Shown here: positions 28,917 through 37,877 of the stretch, one piece after another
How positions within the stretch are numbered: position 1 is the first letter of the stretch
Layout of the letters: each line of letters starts with the position of its first letter
Source of the DNA: Armatimonadetes bacterium CG06_land_8_20_14_3_00_66_21
GTDB lineage: Bacteria > Armatimonadota > Abditibacteriia > CG2-30-66-41
DNA length: 64,000 nucleotides
Assembly (NCBI GenBank): GCA_002779825.1
Contig: PEVN01000374.1
Span: 448-64,447, forward strand
Direction of reading: 5' to 3'
Notes under the pieces: generated by a model
Databases searched by the model: none
What the model was told of the DNA's origin: nothing
Seen by the model: the letters and a program-made list of their open reading frames with translations, nothing else
Program-made: the position numbers and the translations under genes

Positions 28917-29109
28917 AGGAGGACTCCCTTGGCCCGCGTGCGACGATCTGGCAAGACACCTGCGTCACCAGTGGCGACGGGCGCCCGCTTCCACGAGAAA
29001 AGGCATCGCGGCCCACAGCCCCGGCCGTCCCGGGCGCCCCGAAGCAGCCCCTCATGAGGCGACCCAATGCGGCGTCGGTCGTTGGACCAACGCTGCTCCT
29101 CAACCTGCG

Positions 29110-29385
29110 CTACACCTCAACAGGGGCGGCGTCGACAGGTGCAACACTGACGCGGGGTCGGTTGTCGCGGATGCGGTCGAACACGACCTTGCCGGGGGCG
29201 AGCGCAAACAGCGTATCGTCTTTGGCGCGCTGAACATTCTTGCCGGGCCGATAGTGGGCGCCGCGCTGGCGCACGATGATCTCGCCCGTGTTCACAAGCT
29301 GGCCTGCATGGCGCTTCACTCCCAGCCGCTGCGAGTTGCTGTCGCGGCCGTTGCGAGTGCTGCCCATTCCCTTTTTGTGTGCCAT
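29110..29385 (-). CDS. rpmA: 50S ribosomal protein L27.
   Basis: [34 protein letters not shown]. Confidence 0.95.
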   Translation of the reverse strand: MAHKKGMGSTRNGRDSNSQRLGVKRHAGQLVNTGEIIVRQRGAHYRPGKNVQRAKDDTLFALAPGKVVFDRIRDNRPRVSVAPVDAAPVEV

Positions 29386-29429
29386 CGATTACACCTACCA
29401 AACGAGTTGAAGTTGGAGCAGTGGGTGCG

Positions 29430-29744
29430 CTACGCCTGGACCTGAATGCTGCTGATCCGAACGCGCGTGTAGTCCTGGCGGTGGCCCTTGGTCAGGCGGT
29501 ACTTCTTCTTCGCTTTCATCTTGAAGATGCGTACCTTCCGACCTTTCTCATGGGCTACCACGGAGCCGGTCACTTTGGCGCCTTCGACGTAGGGCTGGCC
29601 GACTTTCACTTCGTCGCCGCCCACGAGGAGGACGTGGTCCGTCTCGAATGTCGCGCCCTTGTCCAGGGGCAACTTGCCCAACTGGAGGTACTGGTTCTCT
29701 TCTACGCGGAACTGCTTGCCGCCGCTCTCAATGATCGCATACAC
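29430..29744 (-). CDS. rplU: 50S ribosomal protein L21.
   Basis: GTG at 29744 gives (M)YAIIESGGKQFRVEEN..., 104 aa. GAGGAAGGG RBS upstream. The longer track ORF (to 29966) is an upstream extension. Confidence 0.9.
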   Translation of the reverse strand: MYAIIESGGKQFRVEENQYLQLGKLPLDKGATFETDHVLLVGGDEVKVGQPYVEGAKVTGSVVAHEKGRKVRIFKMKAKKKYRLTKGHRQDYTRVRISSIQVQA

Positions 29745-29801
29745 GGGCGTGGGTCCCTTCCTCAGTAGACTGTCGCCGCCAACGCCGAACCGGCGCCATG
29801 G

Positions 29802-29841
29802 AAACACAAAAACGGCGATTCGCCATTGTCCGCGAATCGCC
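29802..29841 (-). terminator. Intrinsic-terminator-like hairpin with U-tract, 58 nt upstream of rplU. Either the terminator of the upstream gene or a leader attenuator.
   Basis: On the minus strand: GGCGATTCGC-GGACAATG-GCGAATCGCC, followed by GTTTTTGTGTTT. Stems at 29814-29823 and 29832-29841; tract at 29802-29813. Confidence 0.6.
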
Positions 29842-29868
29842 GGGAAACGCACGGAGCACGAGACCATT

Positions 29869-29897
29869 AGGATACCAAACCACAGCACCCGCGTCAA
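29869..29897 (-). promoter_or_regulatory. Candidate sigma70-type promoter for rplU-rpmA-obg-proB.
   Basis: On the minus strand: TTGACG (29897-29892), 17-nt spacer, TATCCT (29874-29869). The -35 element lies in the 3' arm of a 12-bp hairpin (29891-29902 / 29923-29934). Confidence 0.3.
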
Positions 29898-29955
29898 TGG
29901 AACGGCGCCGCTGAGCGGGCGATTCCATTGACGCGCACGGTTCGCGCTGAAGCGC

Positions 29956-31443
29956 TCAGATCCCACTCAACAGCGCCGACAGCCGCGCCTGCCAGATTAC
30001 CTCGCCCAGTTCGCCCCGCAACTGGCTGACCCGCAAATCCATCTTCATCCACTCAGCGGCCTCCAGCGACGCTCTGCTATCAATGTGAGTGCGGAACGGG
30101 GCGACCTCTGCCCGATAGGCATCGAGCCGCTTGGCAAGCTCGGCCTTGGTGGTTGCGTCCGCTTCTTGATCCTTGACCTTCCCCAGCCCCGCCAGCAGCT
30201 CTTCCAGTTGCGCAAGGGCCGCGCCGGCCAATGCCCGGTAGCTCGTGTCGGAGAACCCCTCCTGCCCGTAGACGAGAATGGCGCCTTGTCGCTCGCCCTT
30301 TCGGAACGCCTCGCCCAACGCCCCAAGCTGTTCCCCCGTCGGCGACAGCACGAGGTGAGCGAATCGCTCCGGGTCGTGGAAGTTCGCCTTGGTCTGCGCC
30401 CAGTTCGTCCACCCCCTCGCCGCCCCGACGTAGCGGTCGCGACAGACGTTGAGGCCAATGACCGCCCCCGGAATCGGCTCGCTGCCCAGGTCACTCCATG
30501 GCACAGCCAGCTCCAGTGTCCACCGGTCCTTCAGCAGCCTCGTTGCGGCAATCGCCTGTGCGCTCCAGGTGGAATCCGTCCCGCGTGAGTCGTAAAGGCT
30601 ACCGGCGGCGTTCACGGCGAGCTGGAAGTATACTCGCGAAGGTTAGGAACACACCGAAGTGGAAGTTCGCGGAACTTCCCCGGCAGGCGTGCAGCAGACG
30701 TAGGACAGAGGGTATTCTCCCAGACGGAGCCGAAGTCGCACCGGGACTTCGGTGTGTTCCCAACCTTCGCGGGTATAGTACAGCCCCCACCAGTTGGCGC
30801 CAGCCTCCAGCGTCGCCTTGTTCCCTTCCTCCACCAACGCGCCCGGCGTCTGGATGCGCCGCGCCCCGGCGCGCTTGTAGTGGGAGGTGAAGAAGCTCGG
30901 GTAGCACCGCAGCCCGGCCGCCACCGACGTGATCTCCTGCTTTGGCTCCAGAGCGATCTCGCAGTCGAGGTGGTCGCTCCCCGGCAAGCCAACGAACCGC
31001 ACCCGCACGTTCGCCACCTCGTGGCGCCACACCAGGTCCAGGATCGCCCGCTCGCCGCGCTGCGCCACCAACATGCTGCTCAGCGGCGTCGTCCCGAGCT
31101 CCTGACCGTTGAGGGACACGAACAGAAACCCGCTGTGATACCAGTTGCACGCCGTCGGCACGGGCATCCCGATGTAGCCCTCCAACGGCGCCACTTTGCC
31201 CCCATGCGCCTTGTCGATGCACGCCTTGTACGCGATGGCGTACGCCACCGGCCCAAACCGGAAGCCGGCAGTCCGCTCAAGGAAGGTGTGCGATGGGTGC
31301 CCCGGGTAGTCGCCCAGGTCCCGTTCATGGGGAGCCGCCAACGTCAACTCCGCCCCGGCCGGCTGCTCCTCCGCGGTCGCGGCTTGCGGAACTGCAAAGG
31401 ACAGCAAGGCGAGCCAGGCGGCAAAGACCCGTCGGTCGGTCAT
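29956..31443 (-). pseudogene. Exported protein with a C-terminal CBM9/DOMON-like domain, interrupted by a single in-frame TAA.
   Basis: Track ORFs 30643..31605 (real start probably ATG 31443, signal peptide MTDRRVFAAWLALLSFAVPQAATA, GGAAGGAG RBS) and 29956..30615 are in the same frame. Only TAA at 30643-30645 separates them. The CBM9-like pattern (YFQLAVNAAGSLYDSRG.D..W..WTLELAVPWSDLG..IGLNVCRD) starts immediately after the stop. Confidence 0.55.
30629..30777. repeat. 32-bp imperfect inverted repeat (30/32 matched) flanking an 85-bp spacer, located inside the CBM9-like gene.
   Basis: The arm at 30629-30660 (TATACTCGCGAAGGTTAGGAACACACCGAAGT) is the reverse complement of the arm at 30746-30777, with 2 mismatches. 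One mismatch creates the TAA. The spacer contains further GAAGT/ACTTC palindromes, e.g. GGAAGTTC-GCG-GAACTTCC at 30661-30679. Confidence 0.85.
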
Positions 31444-31780
31444 CAGCACTGCTCCTTCCCTGTCGGTGTTGAGTACGCAGACGTTGGACGCCATCCCCGA
31501 ATGTCCTTCCCGGGCCGCGCCTTGAATGAGACGGCGAACGCCACGAGACGCGGGCGCGACCGCAGAGCCTACTGGCCGTCGAGAGACAGCGACACATCGT
31601 AACACTCCTGCTGCAATTGACTGGACTCCTGCTCCAAGCCCGGCTACACTCTCAAGTCCCCGCCGACCCAGCGCGCCCCACGCCCCCGGTTTCCCAGCCA
31701 GCCAGTAACGCAGTTCCCCGCCCCATCGACTACGAGTTCGTCCCCATCCCTGCCGGGGGCGCCGCCGGGCCGGGCGTAGC

Positions 31781-31809
31781 TTGACAGGGCATTGGCTTCA
31801 GCGTAGACT
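31781..31809 (+). promoter_or_regulatory. Candidate sigma70-type promoter for the two-gene toxin-antitoxin-like pair.
   Basis: TTGACA (31781-31786), 17-nt spacer, TAGACT (31804-31809), about 55 nt upstream of ATG 31863. Confidence 0.4.
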
Positions 31810-31862
31810 CTGCCTCCGTACCCCCCGGCTGGCCTTGCTCTCCGACAGGCACTTCCGCACCC

Positions 31863-32186
31863 ATGACCTCAACAGCCGCGTCAAAGAACGCCTTGCCGAT
31901 TCGACTCCCGGACGAGCGTTGGTCGCACATCACGGAAGAGCACTGCGAGTTGGCAGGTCTGCGTCTGGAGGTCCTGGAGACCATCGCCGAAGCAGACCGG
32001 GTGCTGGCCGGCAACGCCGGCGAGAACTTGGCGGTCCGTGAGTACGAGCCAGGCAAGTTCTTGGTGGTCGCCCATCGCGAGGGTGCCGCCGACGGCTTCA
32101 TCATCACGGCGTTTCTCACTCGTCGCGTGCGCTCCCTGGAAAGGAGGCGGCAGCTTTGGCCCTCCCAGCCATCCAGCCATACCTGA
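31863..32186 (+). CDS. Small conserved hypothetical protein of the kind commonly found upstream of DUF2283 genes (putative toxin).
   Basis: 107 aa. The pattern I.L.DERW.HI..EH.E......VLETI...D.V..G..GE.LAVR......KFLVVAHRE....GFIITAF.T is recognised from recollection of a family that pairs with DUF2283. No HMM search was run. Confidence 0.5.
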   Translation: MTSTAASKNALPIRLPDERWSHITEEHCELAGLRLEVLETIAEADRVLAGNAGENLAVREYEPGKFLVVAHREGAADGFIITAFLTRRVRSLERRRQLWPSQPSSHT

Positions 32187-32608
32187 ACCTCATCCCCGCC
32201 GTTCGGCAGTCCCCACAGCAGTACCTGTGGCTGTCCTACGACCAGGAAGCGGATGTCGTCTACATCAACTTCAAGAAGCCTAGTCACGCCACTGACAGCG
32301 AGCTCACCGAGGACGGCGTGATCGTCCGCTACGAGGCAGACGAAGTGGTCGGGTTCACCGTGCTCAATGCCAGCACGCGGATCGCGTCGGCTGGGTTGCG
32401 CTTGACGCCTGCGTGCCGCGGCAGTAGGATGTTGGCTGCTTGCCCCGGGCGTTCGGAGCAGGCGACTCTGTGGCTTCGAAGGGAAGTGTCCCATGGCTCG
32501 TACCTGCTGGTCGTCTCTTCTTCTTGGCGTTGCGGTGATATTGCTCTGCCATCCGGCACGGTGCGTTGCGGCGCCGGCCGCCAACCTCGTGGCGAACGGC
32601 TCCTTTGA
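32156..32608 (+). CDS. DUF2283-family protein (putative antitoxin) with an unusually long C-terminal read-through.
   Basis: TTG at 32156 with AAGGAGG 8 nt upstream; overlaps the end of the previous gene. Core YDQEADVVYINFKKP..SELTEDGVIVRYEADEVVGFTVLNAS is the DUF2283 pattern. The ORF then runs about 70 more codons into the next gene. Confidence 0.55.
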   Translation: MALPAIQPYLNLIPAVRQSPQQYLWLSYDQEADVVYINFKKPSHATDSELTEDGVIVRYEADEVVGFTVLNASTRIASAGLRLTPACRGSRMLAACPGRSEQATLWLRREVSHGSYLLVVSSSWRCGDIALPSGTVRCGAGRQPRGERLL

Positions 32609-35219
32609 GGAGGAAGCTGAGGCTGGCGGGGCACCTCCGGGCTGGGCCTTCGCCGGGTGGGGCGACATCAAGCAGACGCTCACGCTCGACGCCGGGCACG
32701 AAGGCGGCAAGTGCGCCAAGCTCGACTGCACAGCGTTCGTCCCCGGCACTGCGAGCAGCCATGCGATGGTCTGTCAGGTCGGCGCGGTGGCCGTCGAGCG
32801 CGGGCAGTGGTATCGGTTGAGCTTCTGGGTGAAGGGCAAGGGGATCGCGCGGTCGATCTGCGACGCGGCGTTGTCGAAGACCAAGCCGTGGGGCTCGTCG
32901 GGGATCGCCGTGAGCTTCCCGGCCAGTCCCACGTGGCAGCGCGTCGAGAAGACGCTCCAAGCGACGGACGACGTGCCTGCCGACGCCAGCCGGTTGCAGT
33001 TCTGGTACACCAGCACCGGCACACTGTGGCTGGATGACGTCGTCCTCGAACCCGTCGAGATGAAGGTGGAGTACCACCCGCAGCTCTCCACCGACGGCGT
33101 CCGCAACTTCCTCCCCAACAGCAGCTTTGAGTGCGGCGCCGCGGGATGGGGCAGCTACGTGCCCAACCTGACTTCGTGGTCGGGCAACGCCTATCAGCAG
33201 TTGGGCGAAGTTGACAGCACGACGGCGCAACACGGGAGGAACAGCCTGCGGCTCTCGCTGGACAAGGCGCACCCGCTGAAGTACCGGTGGGATTACTTCG
33301 ACGCGGTGGACCAGCCGGTGGAGACGCTCCTGACGGCGCACGCAGGCTGGGTGCCCATGCAGTCAGGGAAGCGGTATACGCTGTCGTGCTTCCTGAAGGC
33401 TGACAAGCCCGACGTGCCGGCGCTTCTGCTGATGTCTCAGTGTAACGGGGGCACGCGCCAGCAGGCGGTGAAGGTAGGAGCCACTTGGCAGCGGTTCGCC
33501 TTCCCGTTCACGACCAACTCCGCGTTCACGTGGACGGCTGTGGGGCTGGACTTGTCGAAGTCGGACATGCAGGCGGCCACACTGTGGATCGATGCGATGC
33601 AACTGGAGCTGGCCGACGCTGCCTCCGAGTACACACCCCGCGCCGAAGTTGAGAGCGTCGTCGAGACACCGGCCCTCGGCAACGTGTTCACCGACCCGGG
33701 GAAGGGGATGACGGTCGACCTATCCGTGTGGAACGGAACTGACACCAAGCGGAAGGTGACCGGCAAGTTGGTGGTGACGGACTTCGCCGACCAGGAGGTC
33801 GAATCCCGCGAGGTCGGCCGCGAGGTTGCGCCCAACGGCGCGGCGGGAGTCCAGGTGACCGGTCTGCTCAGTGGTAAGCGCGGCTTCTTCCGGGTGCACT
33901 GGCAGCCGGCAGACCATACGGCGGCGTTCGCGCAGACGCTGCGCTGCGCGCTCCTCGACCCCTATCGCGGCGACGACTCGCCTTTTGGGATGAACCACGC
34001 CTTCCCGTGGGACTTCATGCTGGACCTGTGCAAGACGGCGGGGATGACGTGGATGCGCGACTGGTCGGCCAAGTGGCATACGGTGGAGCCAGATCAGGGG
34101 AAGTGGGACTTCTCGACCGTCGACCCGCAGATCGACCGGGTCCTGAGAGCGAAACAGAACTGCCTGATGCTGCTGCCGTTCGCTTCGGCTCCGTGGTCCA
34201 GCGGGGCAGACATGGAGGCCGTGCGCAAGGAGGCGGCCGGCGCCGCCTACCGCGAGAAGCAGTACGTAGTTGCTTGCCCCGCCAAAGACCCGGCGCTGTT
34301 CCGCAACTACGTCGCGAAGACGGTGGAGCACTACCGCGACCGCCTCGCCGACTACGAGATCATGAACGAGCCGCTATACACCCACTACGCCGTGCCGCAG
34401 CGGTTCGGCTACACGATGAAGGACTACTTGCAGCTCCTGAAGGACGCCCACGACACCATCAAGGCGAACCAACCCAAGGCCCAGGTCATCGGCGGCATCG
34501 GCACTTGGGCGGGCGCCAGCATTGTGCATCAGTTCATCGACGACGGGGGGCTGAAGTCGTGCGACGCGATGGACATCCACCTCTACCCCGTCACACTCCC
34601 GCCGGAGCTGTACGAAGACGAACTCGCCGAATGCTGGCAGAAGATGCAGGACCGCGGCGAGGCGAAACCCATCTGGCTCACTGAGTTCGGCTGCTATGCC
34701 GATGACGACCCCTACAAGACCCCGGGCGGCATCGGCGACGCGACCATGCAGCGGACCAACTGGCCCTCCGAACAGGCTGCGTCCGAGGGTTTGGTCAAGA
34801 CGGCCGCCGTGTTCCTGACCCACGGTGTCACCAAGATCTTCTCTCACGCCGGCATCTGCGGCCCAATCAACGGCCAGGACGGCGGCGGGATCTTCTTCGA
34901 GTACGGTGGCGCACCGCGGAAGATGTACGTGGCGCTGAGCGTGATAGCGAACCGCCTCGGTCCCGCGCCCAAGTCCCTCCTCCCGCGCCTCGCCAACGAC
35001 CGCCTGCGTGCCCACCTGTTCCAGACCGGAGCAGGCACCGTCGCCATCGCCTGGGCAACCAGCGACCAACCCGTCCGCGTCCAGCTTCCAGCCGGTGCTA
35101 ACGCCAAGGACCTCATGGGGAACGGGATTGCGCAGCGTTCCGTTGAGCTGTCGGCGACGCCGGTGTACTTGGTGGGAGAAGTCGCCTCATTGCGGGCGTC
35201 CCTTGGGCAAGCGAGGTAG
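32493..35219 (+). CDS. Secreted clan GH-A-type glycoside hydrolase with N-terminal CBM4/9-like modules.
   Basis: Signal peptide MARTCWSSLLLGVAVILLC. Two 'NGSFE / NSSFECG ... LWLDDVVLE / LWIDAMQLE' sandwich modules. TIM barrel with YEIMNEP (acid/base-like) and IWLTEFG (nucleophile-like) motifs. Confidence 0.7.
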   Translation: MARTCWSSLLLGVAVILLCHPARCVAAPAANLVANGSFEEEAEAGGAPPGWAFAGWGDIKQTLTLDAGHEGGKCAKLDCTAFVPGTASSHAMVCQVGAVAVERGQWYRLSFWVKGKGIARSICDAALSKTKPWGSSGIAVSFPASPTWQRVEKTLQATDDVPADASRLQFWYTSTGTLWLDDVVLEPVEMKVEYHPQLSTDGVRNFLPNSSFECGAAGWGSYVPNLTSWSGNAYQQLGEVDSTTAQHGRNSLRLSLDKAHPLKYRWDYFDAVDQPVETLLTAHAGWVPMQSGKRYTLSCFLKADKPDVPALLLMSQCNGGTRQQAVKVGATWQRFAFPFTTNSAFTWTAVGLDLSKSDMQAATLWIDAMQLELADAASEYTPRAEVESVVETPALGNVFTDPGKGMTVDLSVWNGTDTKRKVTGKLVVTDFADQEVESREVGREVAPNGAAGVQVTGLLSGKRGFFRVHWQPADHTAAFAQTLRCALLDPYRGDDSPFGMNHAFPWDFMLDLCKTAGMTWMRDWSAKWHTVEPDQGKWDFSTVDPQIDRVLRAKQNCLMLLPFASAPWSSGADMEAVRKEAAGAAYREKQYVVACPAKDPALFRNYVAKTVEHYRDRLADYEIMNEPLYTHYAVPQRFGYTMKDYLQLLKDAHDTIKANQPKAQVIGGIGTWAGASIVHQFIDDGGLKSCDAMDIHLYPVTLPPELYEDELAECWQKMQDRGEAKPIWLTEFGCYADDDPYKTPGGIGDATMQRTNWPSEQAASEGLVKTAAVFLTHGVTKIFSHAGICGPINGQDGGGIFFEYGGAPRKMYVALSVIANRLGPAPKSLLPRLANDRLRAHLFQTGAGTVAIAWATSDQPVRVQLPAGANAKDLMGNGIAQRSVELSATPVYLVGEVASLRASLGQAR

Positions 35220-35296
35220 CCGGCCCGCACTGTGGAGGCAGAAGCACAAGCCCGGCGCGACTGTTGCGGGGACGCCAGGCTTCGCGCTGCGCCAGC

Positions 35297-36580
35297 CTAC
35301 TTCGCGTAGGCGCACAACACTTTCTTGATCGCCTTCGCCATCAGCAGCGCATGGTCCTTCGTGTACGTCGGGTGCGCGGGAACGAAGAACGTGCGCGTCT
35401 CCAACCACGCGGCGTTGCTGCAATGGACGGCGCCATAGTCCACCGCCGCCGGCCGCGCATTGGGGTCGCCGAAGGGATAGTTGAGCCGGCCAAACCCGTT
35501 GTGCTCCTGGAACGCGCGTTCCTTGTAGATCTGCGGCCACAGCACCGGCCCGCACGGGATGCCTTCCGCCTCCACCGCCTTCACCACTTCGCGCGCGTCG
35601 GCAACGGTCAGCTTGTCGGTGTTGAGGACGATCGGGTACAGCCAAAAGCCGTTTCGGCGCTCTTCCGTGTCCAGCGCCAGGTGGAGGATCTGCGGGCATC
35701 CTTTCAGCTCTGCGGCCAACGTCTCCCCGACCGACCGCCGATTGGGGAGGTTCCACGAGTCCACCCGCTCCAACTCCTTGAGACCGATAGCCGACTGCAT
35801 CTCGGTCATCCGGAAGTTGAAGCCGACGGAGTTGTGGATGTACGGCAGCTTGGCTTCCATCTCCAGCAGGCGCATTCGCTCCGACACGTCGTAGCCGTGG
35901 TCGCGGAACGACCGGCAGAGCCACGCCACGTCTTCGTCGTCGGTCACCACGCAGCCGCCTTCGCCGCCGGTGGTGAACGTCTTGCTCTGGCAGAAGCTGA
36001 AGCAGCCCACGTCGCCGATTGCGCCGACTTTCTGTCCTCGCCACGTGGCGCCGTGCGCCTGAGCGCAGTCTTCTACCACCTTCAGGTCGTGCTGCTTGGC
36101 GATCTCCAGCAGCGGGCCCATGTCGGACACGATGCCGTACAAGTGAACCGGCAGGATCGCCCTGGTGCGGTCGCTGACCTTCGCCTCAACGTCTTCCGGA
36201 TCCAGCGTGTGGCTGTCCTTCTGGACATCCGCGAAGACTGGGACAGCACCGGCCTGCAGGATCGAGAAGGCGCTGGCGATGAAGCTGTACGAAGGCACGA
36301 TCACTTCGTCGCCGGGGCCGATGCCCAAGCCGCCGAGCCCTGTGTGCAGGGCCGTCGTGCCGTTGGAGGTGGAGACGCCGTACTTCGCGCCGCACCAGTC
36401 GGCGAACGCTTGCTCGAACTTCATGCCCAACTCGCCGGTCCAGTAGTTGATCTTCCCGGACTTCAGCGGCTCCATGGCAGCCTGGATGATCTCGTCCGTG
36501 AACCACGGCCACGGCGGGAATGGCTCTCGGGTCACCGGCTCGCCACCGTCAATCGCCAACTTGGTGCATTCATCACTCAT
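35297..36580 (-). CDS. DegT/DnrJ/EryC1/StrS-family PLP-dependent sugar aminotransferase.
   Basis: ATG at 36580 with GGAGG upstream. TSNGTTALH, VIVPSYSFIAS and FSFCQSKTFTTGGEGG (PLP-Lys region) motifs. Confidence 0.85.
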   Translation of the reverse strand: MSDECTKLAIDGGEPVTREPFPPWPWFTDEIIQAAMEPLKSGKINYWTGELGMKFEQAFADWCGAKYGVSTSNGTTALHTGLGGLGIGPGDEVIVPSYSFIASAFSILQAGAVPVFADVQKDSHTLDPEDVEAKVSDRTRAILPVHLYGIVSDMGPLLEIAKQHDLKVVEDCAQAHGATWRGQKVGAIGDVGCFSFCQSKTFTTGGEGGCVVTDDEDVAWLCRSFRDHGYDVSERMRLLEMEAKLPYIHNSVGFNFRMTEMQSAIGLKELERVDSWNLPNRRSVGETLAAELKGCPQILHLALDTEERRNGFWLYPIVLNTDKLTVADAREVVKAVEAEGIPCGPVLWPQIYKERAFQEHNGFGRLNYPFGDPNARPAAVDYGAVHCSNAAWLETRTFFVPAHPTYTKDHALLMAKAIKKVLCAYAK

Positions 36581-36626
36581 TGTGGTTACCTCCACAGGTG
36601 TTCGCGTGCGCAACGCCGCTGGCCCG

Positions 36627-37664
36627 TCACGACACGTTCTTAGGCTCGACCGGTCTCCCCGTCCGAGCAGACTCGTAGGCTGCCTCAAGGAGGCTGACGA
36701 CCTTCAGCGCTTCTCTGCCGGGAGACAAGCTTGGCGCGCCGGTCAGCACGGCGGACGCGAAGTCACCTACCGGCGTCGGCACTTCGGGCATTTCGCTCTC
36801 GCGCTGGAGAGTGGTCTCGCCGTCGGCGGGTCGCGTCACGAGCTCGAACGGAAAGCCGGTGGCGTACACGGAACCGGCCGTCCCGTAGTACGCATGGTGG
36901 CAGCGTTTCCCGGGGTACCCGCTGTCGGCGAGGACGGAGAGCGCGCAGAGCGCGCCGTTCGGCATCCGGAGCGTGGCAACCGACCGCATGTCGGCCGGGC
37001 AGTCGTCCATGACGCACGTCACCTCGACGGGCATCTGACCGGTGCACCACACGACCTCGCTCAACAGATGCGAGCCGCCGTCGATCAGGTTCCCGCCACC
37101 GTTCGCCTCCACGTCGCCGCGGAACAGCGTCGGCGGCACCACACCAGGCAGCGAGTCGGGTAGCGGCACCCGGCCGAACACGCCCTCCGCGTTGCTCGTG
37201 TCCAGGAACTCGATGGTCTCGACTTCCCCGATCTCTCGGACGCGGTCGCGGATGGCGTGGCAGTGCTTCCAGTACGGCGGGTTCAGCGCGACCGTCAAGA
37301 CGCGCTGCTTGGCGTCGGCCAACGCCACCAGTTCAGCGCCTTCCTCGACAGCGATCGTCAGTGGCTTCTCCATCAGCACATGTAGACCGCGCTCTAAGGC
37401 GTACTTGGCCGGCGCATGGTGGACGTTGTGCGGCGTAGCAACCAGCACGGCATCCAGCGCGCATTCGTCGATCATCCGGCGGTAGTCGGTGAAGCGCAGC
37501 GCGACGCCGAAGTGGTCTCCCATTTTGGCAAGCGCCGCCTCGTCGCGGCGGCAAAGCGCCACCAATTCAAGGCGTTCATCGCGCTGCATGTCGGGCAAAT
37601 GGCGCCTCGATGCAAACCAACCGGCGCCGATCACGCCAATTCGCACTCGATCGCAGTCAGACAT
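36627..37664 (-). CDS. Gfo/Idh/MocA-family oxidoreductase, co-transcribed with the aminotransferase.
   Basis: ATG at 37664 (MSDCDRVRIGVIGAGWFASRRH) with GAGGAG upstream, plus MEKPLT. The track ORF's extra 219 N-terminal codons are antisense to rfbF and are rejected. Confidence 0.8.
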   Translation of the reverse strand: MSDCDRVRIGVIGAGWFASRRHLPDMQRDERLELVALCRRDEAALAKMGDHFGVALRFTDYRRMIDECALDAVLVATPHNVHHAPAKYALERGLHVLMEKPLTIAVEEGAELVALADAKQRVLTVALNPPYWKHCHAIRDRVREIGEVETIEFLDTSNAEGVFGRVPLPDSLPGVVPPTLFRGDVEANGGGNLIDGGSHLLSEVVWCTGQMPVEVTCVMDDCPADMRSVATLRMPNGALCALSVLADSGYPGKRCHHAYYGTAGSVYATGFPFELVTRPADGETTLQRESEMPEVPTPVGDFASAVLTGAPSLSPGREALKVVSLLEAAYESARTGRPVEPKNVS

Positions 37665-37877
37665 CTCGCCGAACTCCTCTACGGCATGGGTAGCCGTGAC
37701 TTGTTGGCCGGGCGTGCCGCGAATCCTTTCCCGCCGATCGGCAGGCCGTCCCCGGTCGCAGGGTACCCAAACCGCCGGTGCGCCGCTATACTTCCTCCAC
37801 CAGACCAACCACTCTCCAGACCCGGTGCGAGGATCTCGACCACTGCGCATCGGCAGGCATTCCCTCGGAGGTACACC

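Noticed and set aside
29891-29934. 12-bp perfect hairpin after the CBM9-like gene, considered as an independent Rho-independent terminator.
   Set aside because: No U-tract follows it. It is reported only as context for the promoter/leader hypothesis.
30661-30745. Idea that inverting the 85-bp segment between the 32-bp inverted repeats would restore an intact reading frame (an intragenic inverton ON state).
   Set aside because: I translated the inverted orientation by hand. The upstream frame then reads ..GAA GTG GAA GTT CGC GGA ACT TCC CCG GCA GGC GTG CAG CAG ACG TAG, so it hits a TAG inside the spacer. Simple inversion does not give a continuous ORF.
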